From the human T2T-CHM13v2.0 reference genome, Homo sapiens, in the NCBI RefSeq assembly GCF_009914755.1, contig NC_060929.1: DNA of 64,000 nucleotides. The stretch is one strand, 5' to 3'. The notes below the pieces were generated by a model. It saw only the letters and a list, made by a program, of their open reading frames with translations. It was not told where the DNA came from and made no database searches. The position numbers and the translations under genes are program-made. Numbering within the stretch: position 1 is the first letter of the stretch; each line of letters opens with the position of its first letter. This document shows, one piece after another, positions 62,214 to 64,000 of the stretch.

Positions 62214-63360
62214 AAAATTATTCCCTTCCCATGAGAAGGGAACAGAAAATATGTCTGTTTCCACATTGCTGAATCATTCATGAACAAACTACAGATTATC
62301 AGGTATGTTGCTTTTATCTGGCTTGACTTTTAGGGAATCAATCACAGTAATAAGCCTGATCCTACATAAAACTAATTCTGAATGAGAAAATGAAAATTTT
62401 ATGCTTGACTGATGCTTGATGTACTTAGCACCCAGTTATAAAGAATTTGGTCTTTTTTTTTTCTTTTTGCTCGTCTTCTTTTCCGTTTCTCTTCTCTACT
62501 CTATTTCAATGGGAATTTTCACGATAAACTCAGTCCCCAGGATTTTATCTTTCTAAATCTGGAGACCATTTATAGTGATATCTAACGGAGGAAAGAGGAT
62601 GTTTTAAAAAATAGTAGATGCATGGCTTGGGGTTTCATAAGACAGGGAGTAAAGAGAGAGAATTAGAGCATCAGAGACCTCAGTAGCATATTAAAACCTG
62701 GGAGATGACAGGAGATTTTATAAAGGGATGTCGTTTTATAAAACTGTGATTCAAACACAAGTCACTCAAATACTAACCTGAAAGTAGAATATAGTAAGTA
62801 TAGTCTGGAATACTAGGCTAAGATGCTTGTCCTGTCCCTTTCTATCCAGAACATACATACAATGGTGCCAATGGTCTCCAGAGCACTAACAGGACAATTT
62901 TGAATACTTCATTAGATAACCCAAACCACCAAACAGGCATTAAGCTATCATTTTCCAATCAACCACATTATCTTTTCTGTCTCTAAAAGATGGATATTTA
63001 AAGAGAGAGAATGTGTATATTCTATCTTGGGAAAAGTGGTAATTTTATTTCAGCTTTATGTACATCATTAAGTTGATGGGAATTATGAAGACCTAAATTA
63101 CATATGCGAGCCATTTCAGGCACTGGGCCCTCTGGTAGGAAGAGGCAGCCATCAAATCAGTCAGTTCAAGTCATCCTTGACATTAATAAGGTGGCTAGCT
63201 ATGATCACTTTAATAAATGACTTTCTGCTCCTATTAGCTGAGCGACTATACTCTAGCTCCTGTTCCCGAAGCATGTCACCAAACTAGTCTCCCAAAAAGT
63301 GTATTTAAAGGATACAACATTTTTTCAGTGTTTGTATTCAAATAAAAGCTTAAAATTTTA

Positions 63361-64000
63361 GGAGTCCCGGGCAAGATGGCTGAATGGGAACATCCTCAGT
63401 CTGCAGCTCCCAGTGAGACCAACGCAGAAGGCAGTTATTACTGCACTTCCAACTGAGGTACCTGGCTTATCTCATTAGGACTGGCTACACAGTGGGTGCA
63501 GCCCATGGAGGGTGAGCAGAGGCAGGGTGTGGCATCACCTCACCCAGGAAGCACAAGGGGTCAGGGAACTCCCTCCCCTAGCCCAGGGAAGCCATGAGGG
63601 ATTGTGCTGTGAGGGATGGTGCTATCCAGCCCAGATACTACACTTTTCCCACTGTCTTTGCAACCCACAGACCAGGAGATTCTTTCAGGTACCTACACCA
63701 GCAGGACCCTGGGTTTCAAGCACAAAGCTGGGCAGCCCATTTGGGCAGACACTCAGCTAGCTGCAAGAGTTTTTTTGTTTTTTTCATACACAGTGGTGCC
63801 TTGAACGCCAGTGAGACAGAACTGCTCACTCCCCTGGAAAGGCAGCTGAAGTGAGGGAGCCGAGTGCTCTTGCTCAGGGGATCCCACTCCAACAGAAACC
63901 AACAAGCTAAGATCCACTGGCTTTAAAATCTTGCTGCCAGCACAGCAGTCTGAAGTCGACCTGGGACACTCGAGCTTGATGTGGGGAGGGGTGTCCACCA
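63361..64000 (+). mobile_element. L1 5' UTR (L1PA7/8-like), continuing off the window end
   Basis: gcaagatggctgaatgggaaca..ctgcagctcccagtgagaccaacgcagaaggc...ccaactgaggtac; YY1 motif caagatggc at 63372-63380. Confidence 0.9.

Overview
This is AT-rich, CpG-depleted primate DNA (human or great ape, judged by AluY and L1PA2-type copies), intergenic or deep-intronic and dominated by transposable elements. It contains a full-length but disrupted L1PA4/5-type element, a near-full-length L1PA15/16-type element, an L1PB1-type 3' half, an L1PA7/8-type 5' UTR, several short L1 3' ends, 8 Alus, solo LTRs, DNA transposons and L2/MIR relics. No host protein-coding gene, RNA gene or CRISPR array can be supported; the long ORFs in the track are L1 ORF1/ORF2 debris. 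I see no evidence of a new biological system. The most unusual features are DNA-repair and retrotransposition scars. The best is a ~70-bp segment copied from 2 kb away into a perfect 12-bp-arm hairpin, with a 20-bp target duplication (3579-3707). Others are a young L1PA2-type copy with a 16-nt putative 3' transduction, a deep nest of elements at 53.7-61.5 kb, and a few candidate exons and regulatory patches. Subfamily names come from recalled consensus sequences and need RepeatMasker/Dfam confirmation; boundaries of old elements are approximate.
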